Positions 19,750-28,998 of a DNA stretch of 64,000 nucleotides are shown in pieces; within the stretch, counting starts at the first letter, position 1; each line of letters starts with the position of its first letter. The position numbers and the translations under genes were made by a program. The DNA lies in contig CAVZQC010000005.1 in the NCBI GenBank assembly GCA_963777315.1, forward strand, positions 64,001-128,000. The letters run 5' to 3'. This DNA is from Vulcanimicrobiota bacterium (GTDB lineage: Bacteria > Vulcanimicrobiota > Vulcanimicrobiia > Vulcanimicrobiales > Vulcanimicrobiaceae). The notes under the pieces were generated by a model that searched no databases, had not been told where the DNA came from, and worked only from the letters and a program-made list of their open reading frames with translations.

Positions 19750-20587
19750 CGCGCGCGGCGCGTTACGAGCGCGCGGTCGCGTGTTGCCATGGGGCGAGCG
19801 AACGTACGTAATGGGCGTAGTAAACGTCACCCCGGATTCGTTTTCGGGCGACGGCATGCCCAATGCGCCCGAAGCGATCGCACACGCGATCGAGCAATCG
19901 TGTCTGGGCGCGGACATCGTCGACATAGGCGCCGAATCCACGCGGCCCGGATACGTACCCGTCGACGAGCAAACCGAGCTGCAGCGGCTCCTGCCGGTCT
20001 TGCACGCGGTGCGCCAACGTCTGCCCGGCGCCATCGTTTCCGTCGACACCCACAAGCCGGCGGTTTTTCTTGCCGCGCGCGCCGCAGGCGCCGACATGCT
20101 CAACTCGGTGTGGGGTCTGCCCGAAGAGCTGCTTGCGGTGGCAGCGCAAGCCCGCGTGCCGGTCGTGATCATGCACAACCAGGCGCGCGCGCATTACGCG
20201 GGCGGCGTGATGAACGAGGTGCTGGCGTTTTTGCAGGAAGCGGCCGCGCGCGCGCTGAGCGCGGGACTCGAGCGCGACGGCATCATCGTGGATCCCGGGA
20301 TTGGATTCGGCAAAACCGCCGATCACAACATTGCGGTCTTGCGCGAGTTGCCGCGGTTGACGGCGCTGGGATTCCCCACGCTGATCGGTACGTCGAGAAA
20401 ATCGACGATCGGGAAATTGACCGGCAAAGCGCCGCTGCGGCGCGTTGCGGGCACGACGGCGACGACTGCCCTTGCGGCCGCTGCCGGCATCGATATCGTC
20501 CGCGTTCACGACGTGGACGAAGCGATCGACGCGGTTCGCGTCAGCGACGCTATCGTTCGCGGTTGGCGCCCTGCGCAATGGACGTGA
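19739..20587 (+). CDS. folP: Dihydropteroate synthase (start approximate)
   Basis: MGVVNVTPDSFSGDG, GAESTRPG, DPGIGFGK, SRKS, IVRVHDV. Confidence 0.95.
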   Translation: MRDNARGALRARGRVLPWGERTYVMGVVNVTPDSFSGDGMPNAPEAIAHAIEQSCLGADIVDIGAESTRPGYVPVDEQTELQRLLPVLHAVRQRLPGAIVSVDTHKPAVFLAARAAGADMLNSVWGLPEELLAVAAQARVPVVIMHNQARAHYAGGVMNEVLAFLQEAAARALSAGLERDGIIVDPGIGFGKTADHNIAVLRELPRLTALGFPTLIGTSRKSTIGKLTGKAPLRRVAGTTATTALAAAAGIDIVRVHDVDEAIDAVRVSDAIVRGWRPAQWT

Positions 20588-20940
20588 TCGCACTTGCCCG
20601 AATGCGCGTTGCGGGCCGTCACGGCGCCTTTGCCGCCGAGCGCGCTTGCGCGCAGCCGTTCGATCTGGACGTCGTCGTCGAACTCGATCTGCGGCGCGCT
20701 GCAGCCAGCGACGATCTTGCCGATACGCTCGATTACGCGCAGCTGCACCGGCGCATAACGCAGGTCGTTGGGTCGACCTCCTTCGCGCTGCTCGAGCGGC
20801 TCGCCGGCGAAATTCTGGACGTCATCTTTTCGGATCCTCGCGTAGCGCGCGCCGAAGTGGCAATCGCCAAACCCGCGCTATTGGAAGGCGCCACGCCGAG
20901 CGTGCGTTTGCGGCGGGACAATCCCGGCTATCGCGACTAG
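20578..20940 (+). CDS. folB: Dihydroneopterin aldolase
   Basis: MDVIAL...GRHGAFAAER...SDDLADTLDY...LLERLA. Confidence 0.92.
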   Translation: MDVIALARMRVAGRHGAFAAERACAQPFDLDVVVELDLRRAAASDDLADTLDYAQLHRRITQVVGSTSFALLERLAGEILDVIFSDPRVARAEVAIAKPALLEGATPSVRLRRDNPGYRD

Positions 20941-20947
20941 CAGTCCG

Positions 20948-21811
20948 ATGGCGCGCGCTGCGATCGGCATCGGTTCGAACCTGTGCGATCCGGTTGCAAA
21001 AGTGCGGCGAGCATTTCGCGAGCTCGCGATCGTCGGCACGATCGTCGCGCGCTCGCCGCTCTACCGCACCCGAGCGTGGGGCCGAACCGATCAGCCGGAT
21101 TTTTGCAATGCCGTCGCTCTGTTGGAAACCACGCTCTCGCCGCGCGAACTTCTTTCGGCGCTTCAGATGCTGGAAGTGCGGCTCGGCCGCGAGCCGGGCG
21201 AACGTTGGGGGCCCAGGGCGATCGACTTAGACATCCTGCTGTATGGCGAGCAGCGTCTCGACGAACCCGGATTGACCGTTCCGCACGCGCGCCTGTTCGA
21301 GCGCGCATTCGCTCTCGTTCCGCTGGCCGACGTAGACGAGCGGTACCGGGAGGCGGTCGCGGGGCTTCCCGGCGCCGAGCGCGAATCGGTATCGCTCATG
21401 TCGGAGCAGCAGCTGGTCGGCCGCGTGCGCATGCTTGCGCGGGCTTTCTTAGAAACGGACCTGATGCGGCTGCGCATCCAAGATGAAAACGACGATGCGG
21501 TCGAGTTCCGCCGCAAGGCGGTGCCGGCGGCGCGCAGTTCGACGCAGGCTTCCCAGGCGTGGGACGCCCCCGCGCCGGTCGCCCACATCGAGCCGATAAA
21601 GGCCGACTTAGTCGGCATCTTCCATTTGAGCCGGCGTCCGGTCACCGAGGGCGAACGCTTGGACGACGATCGGGAGCTGGCATACGTCGAAGCGCTGGGA
21701 ATCCGCAATCCGGTACGCTCTCGGGGCTCGGGGCGAATCGTCAGCGTGCTGTGCAAGGACGGCCAGCCCGTCGAGTACGGCCAGGTTCTTTTCGAGATCG
21801 ATCGCGGCTAA
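20948..21811 (+). CDS. folK: FolK (HPPK) fused to an AccB/BCCP-like protein lacking the biotinyl lysine
   Basis: N-terminal IGIGSN, QPDFCNAV, RWGPRAIDLDIL, ERAFALVPL; C-terminal IKADLVGIFH...YVEALGIRN...DGQPVEYGQVLFEI. Confidence 0.88.
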   Translation: MARAAIGIGSNLCDPVAKVRRAFRELAIVGTIVARSPLYRTRAWGRTDQPDFCNAVALLETTLSPRELLSALQMLEVRLGREPGERWGPRAIDLDILLYGEQRLDEPGLTVPHARLFERAFALVPLADVDERYREAVAGLPGAERESVSLMSEQQLVGRVRMLARAFLETDLMRLRIQDENDDAVEFRRKAVPAARSSTQASQAWDAPAPVAHIEPIKADLVGIFHLSRRPVTEGERLDDDRELAYVEALGIRNPVRSRGSGRIVSVLCKDGQPVEYGQVLFEIDRG

Positions 21812-21832
21812 CGTGCCCGACGATGCCGCTGC

Positions 21833-23191
21833 GTGATGCTTAAAAAAGTTCTCATCGCCAACCGCGGAGAGATCGCGTTGCGCATCAATCGCGCATGCCG
21901 CGAGCTCGGCGTGCAGACCGTGGCGATATTTTCCGAAGCGGATCGCAACTCGCTTCACGTGCGTCATGCCGACGAAGCGTTTTGCGTGGGTCCAGGGCCG
22001 GCCGGCCTTTCGTATTTGAGCATCCCGAACATCATCTCGACCGCGCTCATCACGGGCTGCGACTCCGTGCATCCGGGTTACGGTTTCTTGGCGGAAAACG
22101 CGCGTTTTGCGGAAATCTGCGCGGACCACGGGCTCACGTTCATCGGTCCGCGCCCGGAAGTGATCGCGGCAATGGGGGACAAGGCGACCGCCAAGCGCGT
22201 GATGCAGCAGGCCGGCATTGCGACGACTCCGGGAACCGATATTTTGCCCTCGTTCGAGCAGGCCCGCGCTGCGGCCGACCGGATCGGCTATCCGGTGCTG
22301 CTCAAAGCCACGGCGGGCGGAGGCGGCAAAGGGATGCGCTCGGTGCATGCGCCCGACGAACTCGAACGCGCGTATGCGTCCGCGACGGCCGAAGCCGAGG
22401 CGAGTTTCAAAGACGGCCGCGTCTACATGGAGAAGCTGATCGTCAAACCGCGGCACATCGAAGTGCAGATCATGGCGGACGACTTCGGCAACGTCGTGCA
22501 TTTGGGCGAACGCGACTGCTCGGTGCAAAAGCCGTCGCATCAAAAGCTCATCGAAGAGGCGCCCGCGCCCAATTTGTCCGAGGCGGTTCGCAACGAGCTG
22601 CACGCGATGGCGGTGACGGCAGCGAAAGCCGTCGGCTACAGCAACGCGGGAACGCTCGAGTTTCTCGTCAACGGCGATCGGGTGTACTTCATGGAGATGA
22701 ACACGCGCATTCAAGTCGAGCATCCGGCCACGGAGATGGTCTACAGCATCGATTTGGTCAAAGAGCAGATTCTCGTGGCGGGCGGCGAACAATTGGGATA
22801 CACGCAAAGCGACCTCAAGCCGGTGGGACACGCCATCGAGTGCCGCATCAACGCGGAGGATCCGCGCAGCAATTTCGCCCCGGCGGCCGGCACGCTCACG
22901 AACGTCGTGTTTCCGGGCGGCCCGGGGATCCGCGTCGACACCCACGTGTATTCAGGCTCGGTCGTGCCGCCGTTCTACGATTCGATGATCGCCAAGATCA
23001 TCGCGCTGGGCAGCAGCCGCGAAGCGGCGATCGTGCGCATGGAGCGCGCTCTTGCAGAAACCGCGATCGAGGGCGTCAAGACCACGATCGACCAGTGCCT
23101 GGAGATTCTTGCCAGCCCGCCGTTTCGCAGCGGGCATTATGCCGTCGACTTTTTGCCGAACCTGCTGGCTTCGGCCGCATCGGTTGCATAG
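21833..23191 (+). CDS. accC: Biotin carboxylase
   Basis: KKVLIANRGEIA, HPGYGFLAEN, GGGGKGM, EMNTRIQVEH, YDSMIAK. Confidence 0.95.
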   Translation: MMLKKVLIANRGEIALRINRACRELGVQTVAIFSEADRNSLHVRHADEAFCVGPGPAGLSYLSIPNIISTALITGCDSVHPGYGFLAENARFAEICADHGLTFIGPRPEVIAAMGDKATAKRVMQQAGIATTPGTDILPSFEQARAAADRIGYPVLLKATAGGGGKGMRSVHAPDELERAYASATAEAEASFKDGRVYMEKLIVKPRHIEVQIMADDFGNVVHLGERDCSVQKPSHQKLIEEAPAPNLSEAVRNELHAMAVTAAKAVGYSNAGTLEFLVNGDRVYFMEMNTRIQVEHPATEMVYSIDLVKEQILVAGGEQLGYTQSDLKPVGHAIECRINAEDPRSNFAPAAGTLTNVVFPGGPGIRVDTHVYSGSVVPPFYDSMIAKIIALGSSREAAIVRMERALAETAIEGVKTTIDQCLEILASPPFRSGHYAVDFLPNLLASAASVA

Positions 23192-23193
23192 CC

Positions 23194-23601
23194 GTGCCCA
23201 CCCGCCGCATGAGCCGCGAGCTCGCATTGCAAGCCCTGTTTTCCGTTGAAATCGGCCACCGCGATCCGGGCGAAGTACTCGAAGAATACCTGGCGACGTT
23301 CGGTGACGGCTCGCACCGGCTGTTCGTCAAGGATCTCGTGCTCGGAACGATCGAAAACGCGAGCGAAAGCGACGATGCGATCGGGCCGCTGCTGCAGGGC
23401 TGGACGATCGAACGTCTGCCGACGATCGACCGGCTGCTGTTGCGCATGGGGACGTTCGAACTGCGTCATCGGCCGCAGACGCCGCGGCCCGTCATCATCA
23501 ATGAAGCGGTCGAACTGGCCAAGCGGTTCTCCACCGAGGATTCCGGCCGTTTCGTAAACGGCGTCCTTTCCACGCTCAGCAAGGCCAACGGACATGCGTA
23601 G
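23194..23601 (+). CDS. nusB: Transcription antitermination factor NusB
   Basis: RRMSRELALQALF, GWTIERL, INEAVELAKRF, FVNGVL; GTG start at 23194. Confidence 0.93.
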   Translation: MPTRRMSRELALQALFSVEIGHRDPGEVLEEYLATFGDGSHRLFVKDLVLGTIENASESDDAIGPLLQGWTIERLPTIDRLLLRMGTFELRHRPQTPRPVIINEAVELAKRFSTEDSGRFVNGVLSTLSKANGHA

Positions 23602-25732
23602 AGCACTGCGGGTGCTGCTGGTACTGCTGCTGCTGGTCGTGCTGTTCGTCGCCGGTTCCGTCGCCGGCATCGTGGCGGCATACTCGCGAAACTTGCCCGA
23701 CATCTCGCGCATGGCGGATTATCAGCCGGCGCGTTCGACGCGCATCTATGCGCGCGACGGCTCGCTGCTGGCCTCGCTGTACAAAGAGAATCGCATTTGG
23801 GTGCCGATCGGCAAGATTCCCCAGCCGGTTCGCGAGGCGTTCATCGCCAATGAAGATCACAATTTCTACCATCATCACGGCGTGGATTTCGGGGGTATCG
23901 TTCGCGCGTCGTTCGCAGACCTCACGCATCACCATATCGAGCAGGGCGCCTCCACGATTACCCAGCAGCTCGCCCGCGGGCTCTTTCTCACCGACAAACA
24001 GTCGATCTCGCGCAAGATCCAAGAAGCGCTGCTCGCGATGGAGATCGAGCGCTACTACACCAAAGACGAGATCCTCGAACGGTATTTGAATCTGATCTAT
24101 TTGGGCTCGGGCGCGTACGGCGTCGACGCGGCCGCTCACACGTACTTCGGACGCAGCGTGGGCAGCCTGACCTTGGGCCAAGCGGCAATGCTCGCGGGCC
24201 TGGTGGCGGCACCCTCCGATTATTCGCCGTACGTCAACCGGCCGCTGGCGCGCGAGCGCCAGCTCCACGTGCTCCAACGCATGGCCGACAGCGGATACAT
24301 TACCGGCGATCAGGTGGCCGAAGCGTACGACGCGCCGCTGCAGCTGGCCGGACAGCGACCCGCAGGACTCCAGGGCTTCAGCGCGCCGTGGTTCACCACA
24401 TATACGGTCGCGCAGCTCGAGCGCGCGTTCGGCAAACAGGCCGCGTACGAAGGCGGTCTGCAAGTGTACACCACGGTCGATCCGCGCATGGAAAAAATCG
24501 GGCAAGAAGCCGTCGATTGGGGCATGAACGAGGCCAAACTCGAAGGCATCGGCGCCGACCAAGCCGCGCTGGTTGCGATTCGTCCGTCGACGGGCGAGAT
24601 CATGGCGATGATCGGCGGCACGCATTTTTCTTTGACCAATCAATTCAACCGCGCGTGGCAAGCGCATCGCCAGCCGGGCTCTTCCTTCAAAGTTTACGTG
24701 TACACCGCCGCCATCGATAGCGGAATGCCGGCGTCGACCATCATCGACGATTCCCCGGTCAGCTATCCCGACGGCACGGGCGGGACGTGGTCCCCGCAAG
24801 ACGACGACCACAGTTATATGGGGCCGGTCACCCTGCGCGTAGGGCTTGCGCAAAGCCGAAACATCGTCGCGGTCAAACTGCTCGAGCAAGTGGGCGTGGA
24901 TCGGGTTATCCAGTATGCGCACCGCATGGGCGTCAGCTCGAATCTGGAAGCGAACCTTTCGCTCGCGCTGGGAACGTCGGTGATCACGCCGCTCGATCAA
25001 GCCACCGGTTACGCCACGCTGGCAAATCAAGGCGTGCACATCCCGGCCTCGCCGTTCCGATTGGTCAAGGACTCGCTGGGAAACCCGGTGCTGGACAATC
25101 AGTACCCCGAACAAACCGAAGTGGTCAGCGCAGGCACCGCATACATCATGACCACGATGATGGAAGACGTGGTCAACCACGGCACCGGGTATCCCAATGC
25201 CGTAATCGGGCGCCCCGCCGCTGGAAAAACCGGTACGACGTCGGACTTTCGCGATGCCTGGTTCGTCGGTTTCACCCCGGATTTGGTCACCGCGGTATGG
25301 ATCGGCAACGACAACTATCATCCGATGAACGAGTCGTACGGAGGCAACATCCCCGCGCGCATCTGGGCACGTTTTATGAAAAGTGCGCTGGAAAACGTGG
25401 CAAAGCACGACTTTGTTTTTCCCGGTGACGAGGTCAAGAAAGTTGCCGCGTGCGGCGGCGGCTACGGGCCGTACGAATACTATTTAACCGGAACCGAACC
25501 GCTCACTCCGTGCGGCTCCCCGCAATTACCGCAAGCTGCTGCGTTCGGCGGTCCGCTTCACGCGTCCAACGGTTCGAGCGACATGCCGCCCGCGCCCACG
25601 TTTTCGCCGCCGCCGACCGCGCCGCCGCCGCGTGAGGCAGCGCAGCCCCCCGACAGCGTCGGCGATGGTACGAATTACGTTCCGTTGGACTCTCCGGCGC
25701 CGGTGGTCAGCACGCAGCCCCGGAATAGGTAG
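23594..25732 (+). CDS. Class A penicillin-binding protein (PBP1A family)
   Basis: TG motifs EDHNFYHHHG, GASTITQQL, RKIQE; TP motifs SSFK, SRN, KTGT. Confidence 0.93.
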   Translation: MRRALRVLLVLLLLVVLFVAGSVAGIVAAYSRNLPDISRMADYQPARSTRIYARDGSLLASLYKENRIWVPIGKIPQPVREAFIANEDHNFYHHHGVDFGGIVRASFADLTHHHIEQGASTITQQLARGLFLTDKQSISRKIQEALLAMEIERYYTKDEILERYLNLIYLGSGAYGVDAAAHTYFGRSVGSLTLGQAAMLAGLVAAPSDYSPYVNRPLARERQLHVLQRMADSGYITGDQVAEAYDAPLQLAGQRPAGLQGFSAPWFTTYTVAQLERAFGKQAAYEGGLQVYTTVDPRMEKIGQEAVDWGMNEAKLEGIGADQAALVAIRPSTGEIMAMIGGTHFSLTNQFNRAWQAHRQPGSSFKVYVYTAAIDSGMPASTIIDDSPVSYPDGTGGTWSPQDDDHSYMGPVTLRVGLAQSRNIVAVKLLEQVGVDRVIQYAHRMGVSSNLEANLSLALGTSVITPLDQATGYATLANQGVHIPASPFRLVKDSLGNPVLDNQYPEQTEVVSAGTAYIMTTMMEDVVNHGTGYPNAVIGRPAAGKTGTTSDFRDAWFVGFTPDLVTAVWIGNDNYHPMNESYGGNIPARIWARFMKSALENVAKHDFVFPGDEVKKVAACGGGYGPYEYYLTGTEPLTPCGSPQLPQAAAFGGPLHASNGSSDMPPAPTFSPPPTAPPPREAAQPPDSVGDGTNYVPLDSPAPVVSTQPRNR

Positions 25733-25738
25733 AGCGCC

Positions 25739-27109
25739 GTGCAAGACTCCCTGTTTTCGCCGCTTCGCACGCCGCCCGGCCCTCCCATGGAAACCGTGCA
25801 GGGCGTCAGCCGCGTCGTCGATTACATTCGCCGGCTGATCGCACAGAATAAAACGCTCGCCGGCATTCGCGTGCGCGGCGAGGTTTCCGGTTTGAGCGCC
25901 AAGGACGGCAGGCTGTATTTCGATCTCAAAGAGAACGCCGACGTCCTCAAGTGCATCGCGTGGGCGGCTGATGCGGCAAAGCTCCCGCCGTTCAAAGACG
26001 GCGAGGAAATCGTGTGCACCGGTGACTACGGTACGTTCCCGCAGCGCAGCCTGTATCAGATGTTCGTCAAAAGCGTCGAACTGAGCGGCATAGGCGCGCT
26101 CTACGCGCAATTCGAAGCTCTCAAAGAGCGGTTTCGCAAAGAGGGCCTTTTCGAAAAGGAGCGCAAGCGCGCGCTGCCGGTGTTTCCGACGAGGGTCGCG
26201 GTGGTATCCGCGCGCGGCAAAGGGGCCGAAGATTTCCTGGCGACCATTGCCAAGCGCGCGCCCTTTATCGACGTGCGCTTCGTCGAGACGCGCGTTCAAG
26301 GGGACGGTGCGCAAATGGACATCGGCGAGGCTATCGACAAAGCCTCGCGGCTGGACGTCGACCTCATCGTGCTCACTCGCGGCGGCGGTTCCTACGAGGA
26401 TCTGTTTGCTTTCAATCTCGAACCGGTGGTGCGTGCCATCGTTCGCTCGCGGCACCCGGTTCTCTCGGCGATCGGGCACACCGGCGACGTTCACGTTTGC
26501 GACTACGTTGCCGACCACGTGTGCGAGACGCCTTCCAATGCCGCCCAGTATTTCGGCGAAATTGCGGATCGCTTTGCGCTGCGCATCCAACGCGCAAACG
26601 ACGTCATCGAACGCTCCGTCCGCGCGCTGGCCGCCAACGCCGCCCAACGCTTCGATGCCGCCGACAAAGAGCTTGCGCATGCCCGGCAGACGCACGTTCC
26701 GCAGCGTGCCCGCACGCTGCATGCACTCGAGCGCCGGCTCACCGAACACGCCCCGCACGCGCGCCTGGCGCAGCGCGTAAAACGCCTGAGCGGGCTGCGT
26801 TCGAAGCTCGGTACCCTAGCGCGTTACTATGCCGTGCCGCGCATCAACCGCATCGCGCGCGCGAGCGAAGCACTCGAGCGTTTTGCGCGCTCGGGTTTAC
26901 GCTCGTTCAACGAGCGTTTGCGGCATATGGACACGCAGCTGATCGGCTTGGATCCGCAAGCGCCGCTCTCGCGCGGCTATGCAATCGTCACGCTGAACGG
27001 TATGGCGGTGCGTGACGCCGGCGCCGTTCCGCAAGGAGCTCGAATTCAAGCGCAGCTGCAGCACGGCAAACTCGTAGCGCGCGTCGAAGGAACGGATTGC
27101 AATGGCTGA
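25739..27109 (+). CDS. xseA: Exodeoxyribonuclease VII large subunit
   Basis: VRGEVSG, LYFDLKE, RGGGSYEDL, SAIGH, RGYAIV. Confidence 0.93.
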   Translation: MQDSLFSPLRTPPGPPMETVQGVSRVVDYIRRLIAQNKTLAGIRVRGEVSGLSAKDGRLYFDLKENADVLKCIAWAADAAKLPPFKDGEEIVCTGDYGTFPQRSLYQMFVKSVELSGIGALYAQFEALKERFRKEGLFEKERKRALPVFPTRVAVVSARGKGAEDFLATIAKRAPFIDVRFVETRVQGDGAQMDIGEAIDKASRLDVDLIVLTRGGGSYEDLFAFNLEPVVRAIVRSRHPVLSAIGHTGDVHVCDYVADHVCETPSNAAQYFGEIADRFALRIQRANDVIERSVRALAANAAQRFDAADKELAHARQTHVPQRARTLHALERRLTEHAPHARLAQRVKRLSGLRSKLGTLARYYAVPRINRIARASEALERFARSGLRSFNERLRHMDTQLIGLDPQAPLSRGYAIVTLNGMAVRDAGAVPQGARIQAQLQHGKLVARVEGTDCNG

Positions 27110-27347
27110 TCACAAACCGGGGGCTTTCGAGCAAAAGGTGGCGCGCCTCGAAGCGATCGTCAAGGAACTCGAGAACGGTAACGTCGAGCTGGATCGCGCG
27201 GTCGCGCTGTTCAAGGAAGGCAAGACGATCGCGAGCGAGTGCGAGCAGCTGCTCAAGGGCGCCCAGGCGCAGATCGATCGCACGATAGAGCAAACTCCCT
27301 CCTCCGGGCAGGCCGATGACGCTATGAGCGAGGACGTGCCTTTTTGA
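27102..27347 (+). CDS. xseB: Exodeoxyribonuclease VII small subunit
   Basis: FEQKVARLEAIVKELE...LDRAVALFKEG. Confidence 0.93.
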   Translation: MADHKPGAFEQKVARLEAIVKELENGNVELDRAVALFKEGKTIASECEQLLKGAQAQIDRTIEQTPSSGQADDAMSEDVPF

Positions 27348-27373
27348 GCCGTGTCGACTGAACGACCACTGCG

Positions 27374-28157
27374 GTGACCGAGCGCCTCGACACGCTGGTT
27401 GCGCAGCGTGAAGGCATCACGCGCTCGCAGGCGCGCAGCCTGATTATGGAGGGCCGGGTGACCGTCGACGGGACGCCGGCGAGGAAGGCGGGCGCGAACG
27501 TGCAAGCCGATTCGCGGGTCGAGATCGAACGGCCGCGCCGTTTCGTCAGCCGAGGCGGGGAAAAGCTCGAGCACGCGCTGGCCGTCTTCCAGATAGACAC
27601 CGAGGGCAAATCGAGCTCTGGACGTGGGAGCGTCGACGGGCGGTTTCACCGATTGCCTGCTGCAGCGCGGCGCGGCGCGCGTCGTGGCCGTCGACGTGGG
27701 CTACGGGCAATTGGACTGGCGTCTTCGCAACGATTCCCGCGTGACGGTAATGGAACGCACCAATTTCCGGCACTTGCGCGATGATGCGTTCGCCGACCCG
27801 TTCGATCTCATCGTCGTCGATGCGTCGTTCATTTCTCTGCAAACGATCGTTGCGCGCGCGTCGGCATATCTAGCGGACGATGGCGATATCGTCGCACTGG
27901 TCAAACCGCAATTCGAAGCGGGACGCGAACGGGTCGGGCGCGGCGGGGTGGTGCGCGATCCGGACGTGCATCGCGCGGTGCTGCGGGAAGTTCGCTTCGC
28001 TGCAGCGCAGCTGAGTTTGAGCGCGGTAGGGTTGACGCCTTCGCCGCTGCTGGGCCCCGCGGGAAACCGCGAATTCCTCATGCACCTGCGGCGCGGCGGG
28101 TCTGCCCTTGCCGATGAAGTGATCGACGCGGTGGTAGCGAAGCGCCATTCAGCATGA
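27374..28157 (+). CDS. tlyA: TlyA family rRNA 2'-O-methyltransferase; +1 frameshift near 27611 (likely sequencing error)
   Basis: S4 domain and FVSRGGEKL in one frame, [11 protein letters not shown]...VKPQFE...GNREF in the next; removing one base restores [10 protein letters not shown]. Confidence 0.88.
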
Positions 28158-28996
28158 CGGTTTCGGTGAAAAAGCGCAGCGTGGCGCTGTACGTGGACGC
28201 CGAACGTGAGAATGCCCGTTCGCTAGCCGCCCGCGTCGGGAGCGGCTTTCGCGAAAGCGGTTATGCCGTTTCGTCCGTTGCCGACGGCGCACGCCTGGAC
28301 GACGCAGCGCTTCTGGTTACCATCGGCGGTGACGGAACGCTGCTGCGGGCGGCGCGCATGGCCGTCGACAAAGGCATTCCGATCATCGGCATCAATACCG
28401 GCCGTCTCGGCTTTCTGACCGAGTTCGACGAAAACGACGAACGCATCGACGAGCTGCCCGAGCTGCTCGAACGAGGTCTGGTGATCGAGGAGCGCCTGGC
28501 CCTACAGGCAACCTCGAACGGCAAAGCGTTTTTCGCTCTCAACGACGTGGTCGTCCGCAAAGGCGGGGTTTCGCACCTCGTACCCTTCGGTTTGTGCCTG
28601 AACGACGAACAGGCCGCGCACGTGCCGGCCGACGGCATCTGCGTGGCGACACCGACAGGGTCGACGGCGTATTTTTTGTCGGCGGGCGGCTCGATTATTT
28701 CCCCGCACGTAGAGGCGTTCGGCGTCGTTCCGCTGCTGCCGCACACGCTGTTTTCGCGTCCGCTGATCGTTCCGGCGACTTCGCAAATGTCGATCACGTG
28801 CGACAACGAGCTGCTGCACGCGAACCTGGAATGCGACGGCAACGTCGTGAGCGATCTTGCCGGCGGCTCTACGGTCGTGATCGAGCGCTATCCGCACGCG
28901 GTTCGCTTTGCCCGCATCCAGCGGTTGCGATTCTTCGAGCGTTTGGAGGAAAAGTTGCGCTGGGGCGTGTCGATCAAGGACCAGCGTTTTCGATAG
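28154..28996 (+). CDS. nadK: NAD kinase
   Basis: [25 protein letters not shown]. Confidence 0.93.
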   Translation: MTVSVKKRSVALYVDAERENARSLAARVGSGFRESGYAVSSVADGARLDDAALLVTIGGDGTLLRAARMAVDKGIPIIGINTGRLGFLTEFDENDERIDELPELLERGLVIEERLALQATSNGKAFFALNDVVVRKGGVSHLVPFGLCLNDEQAAHVPADGICVATPTGSTAYFLSAGGSIISPHVEAFGVVPLLPHTLFSRPLIVPATSQMSITCDNELLHANLECDGNVVSDLAGGSTVVIERYPHAVRFARIQRLRFFERLEEKLRWGVSIKDQRFR

Positions 28997-28998
28997 GT

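Noticed and set aside
21895..23193. 568-aa ORF appearing as a NusB fusion
   Set aside because: The upstream part is an alternative frame of accC; NusB begins at GTG 23194
28594..28998. N-terminal extension of RecN
   Set aside because: Alternative frame of nadK; RecN starts at ATG 28999
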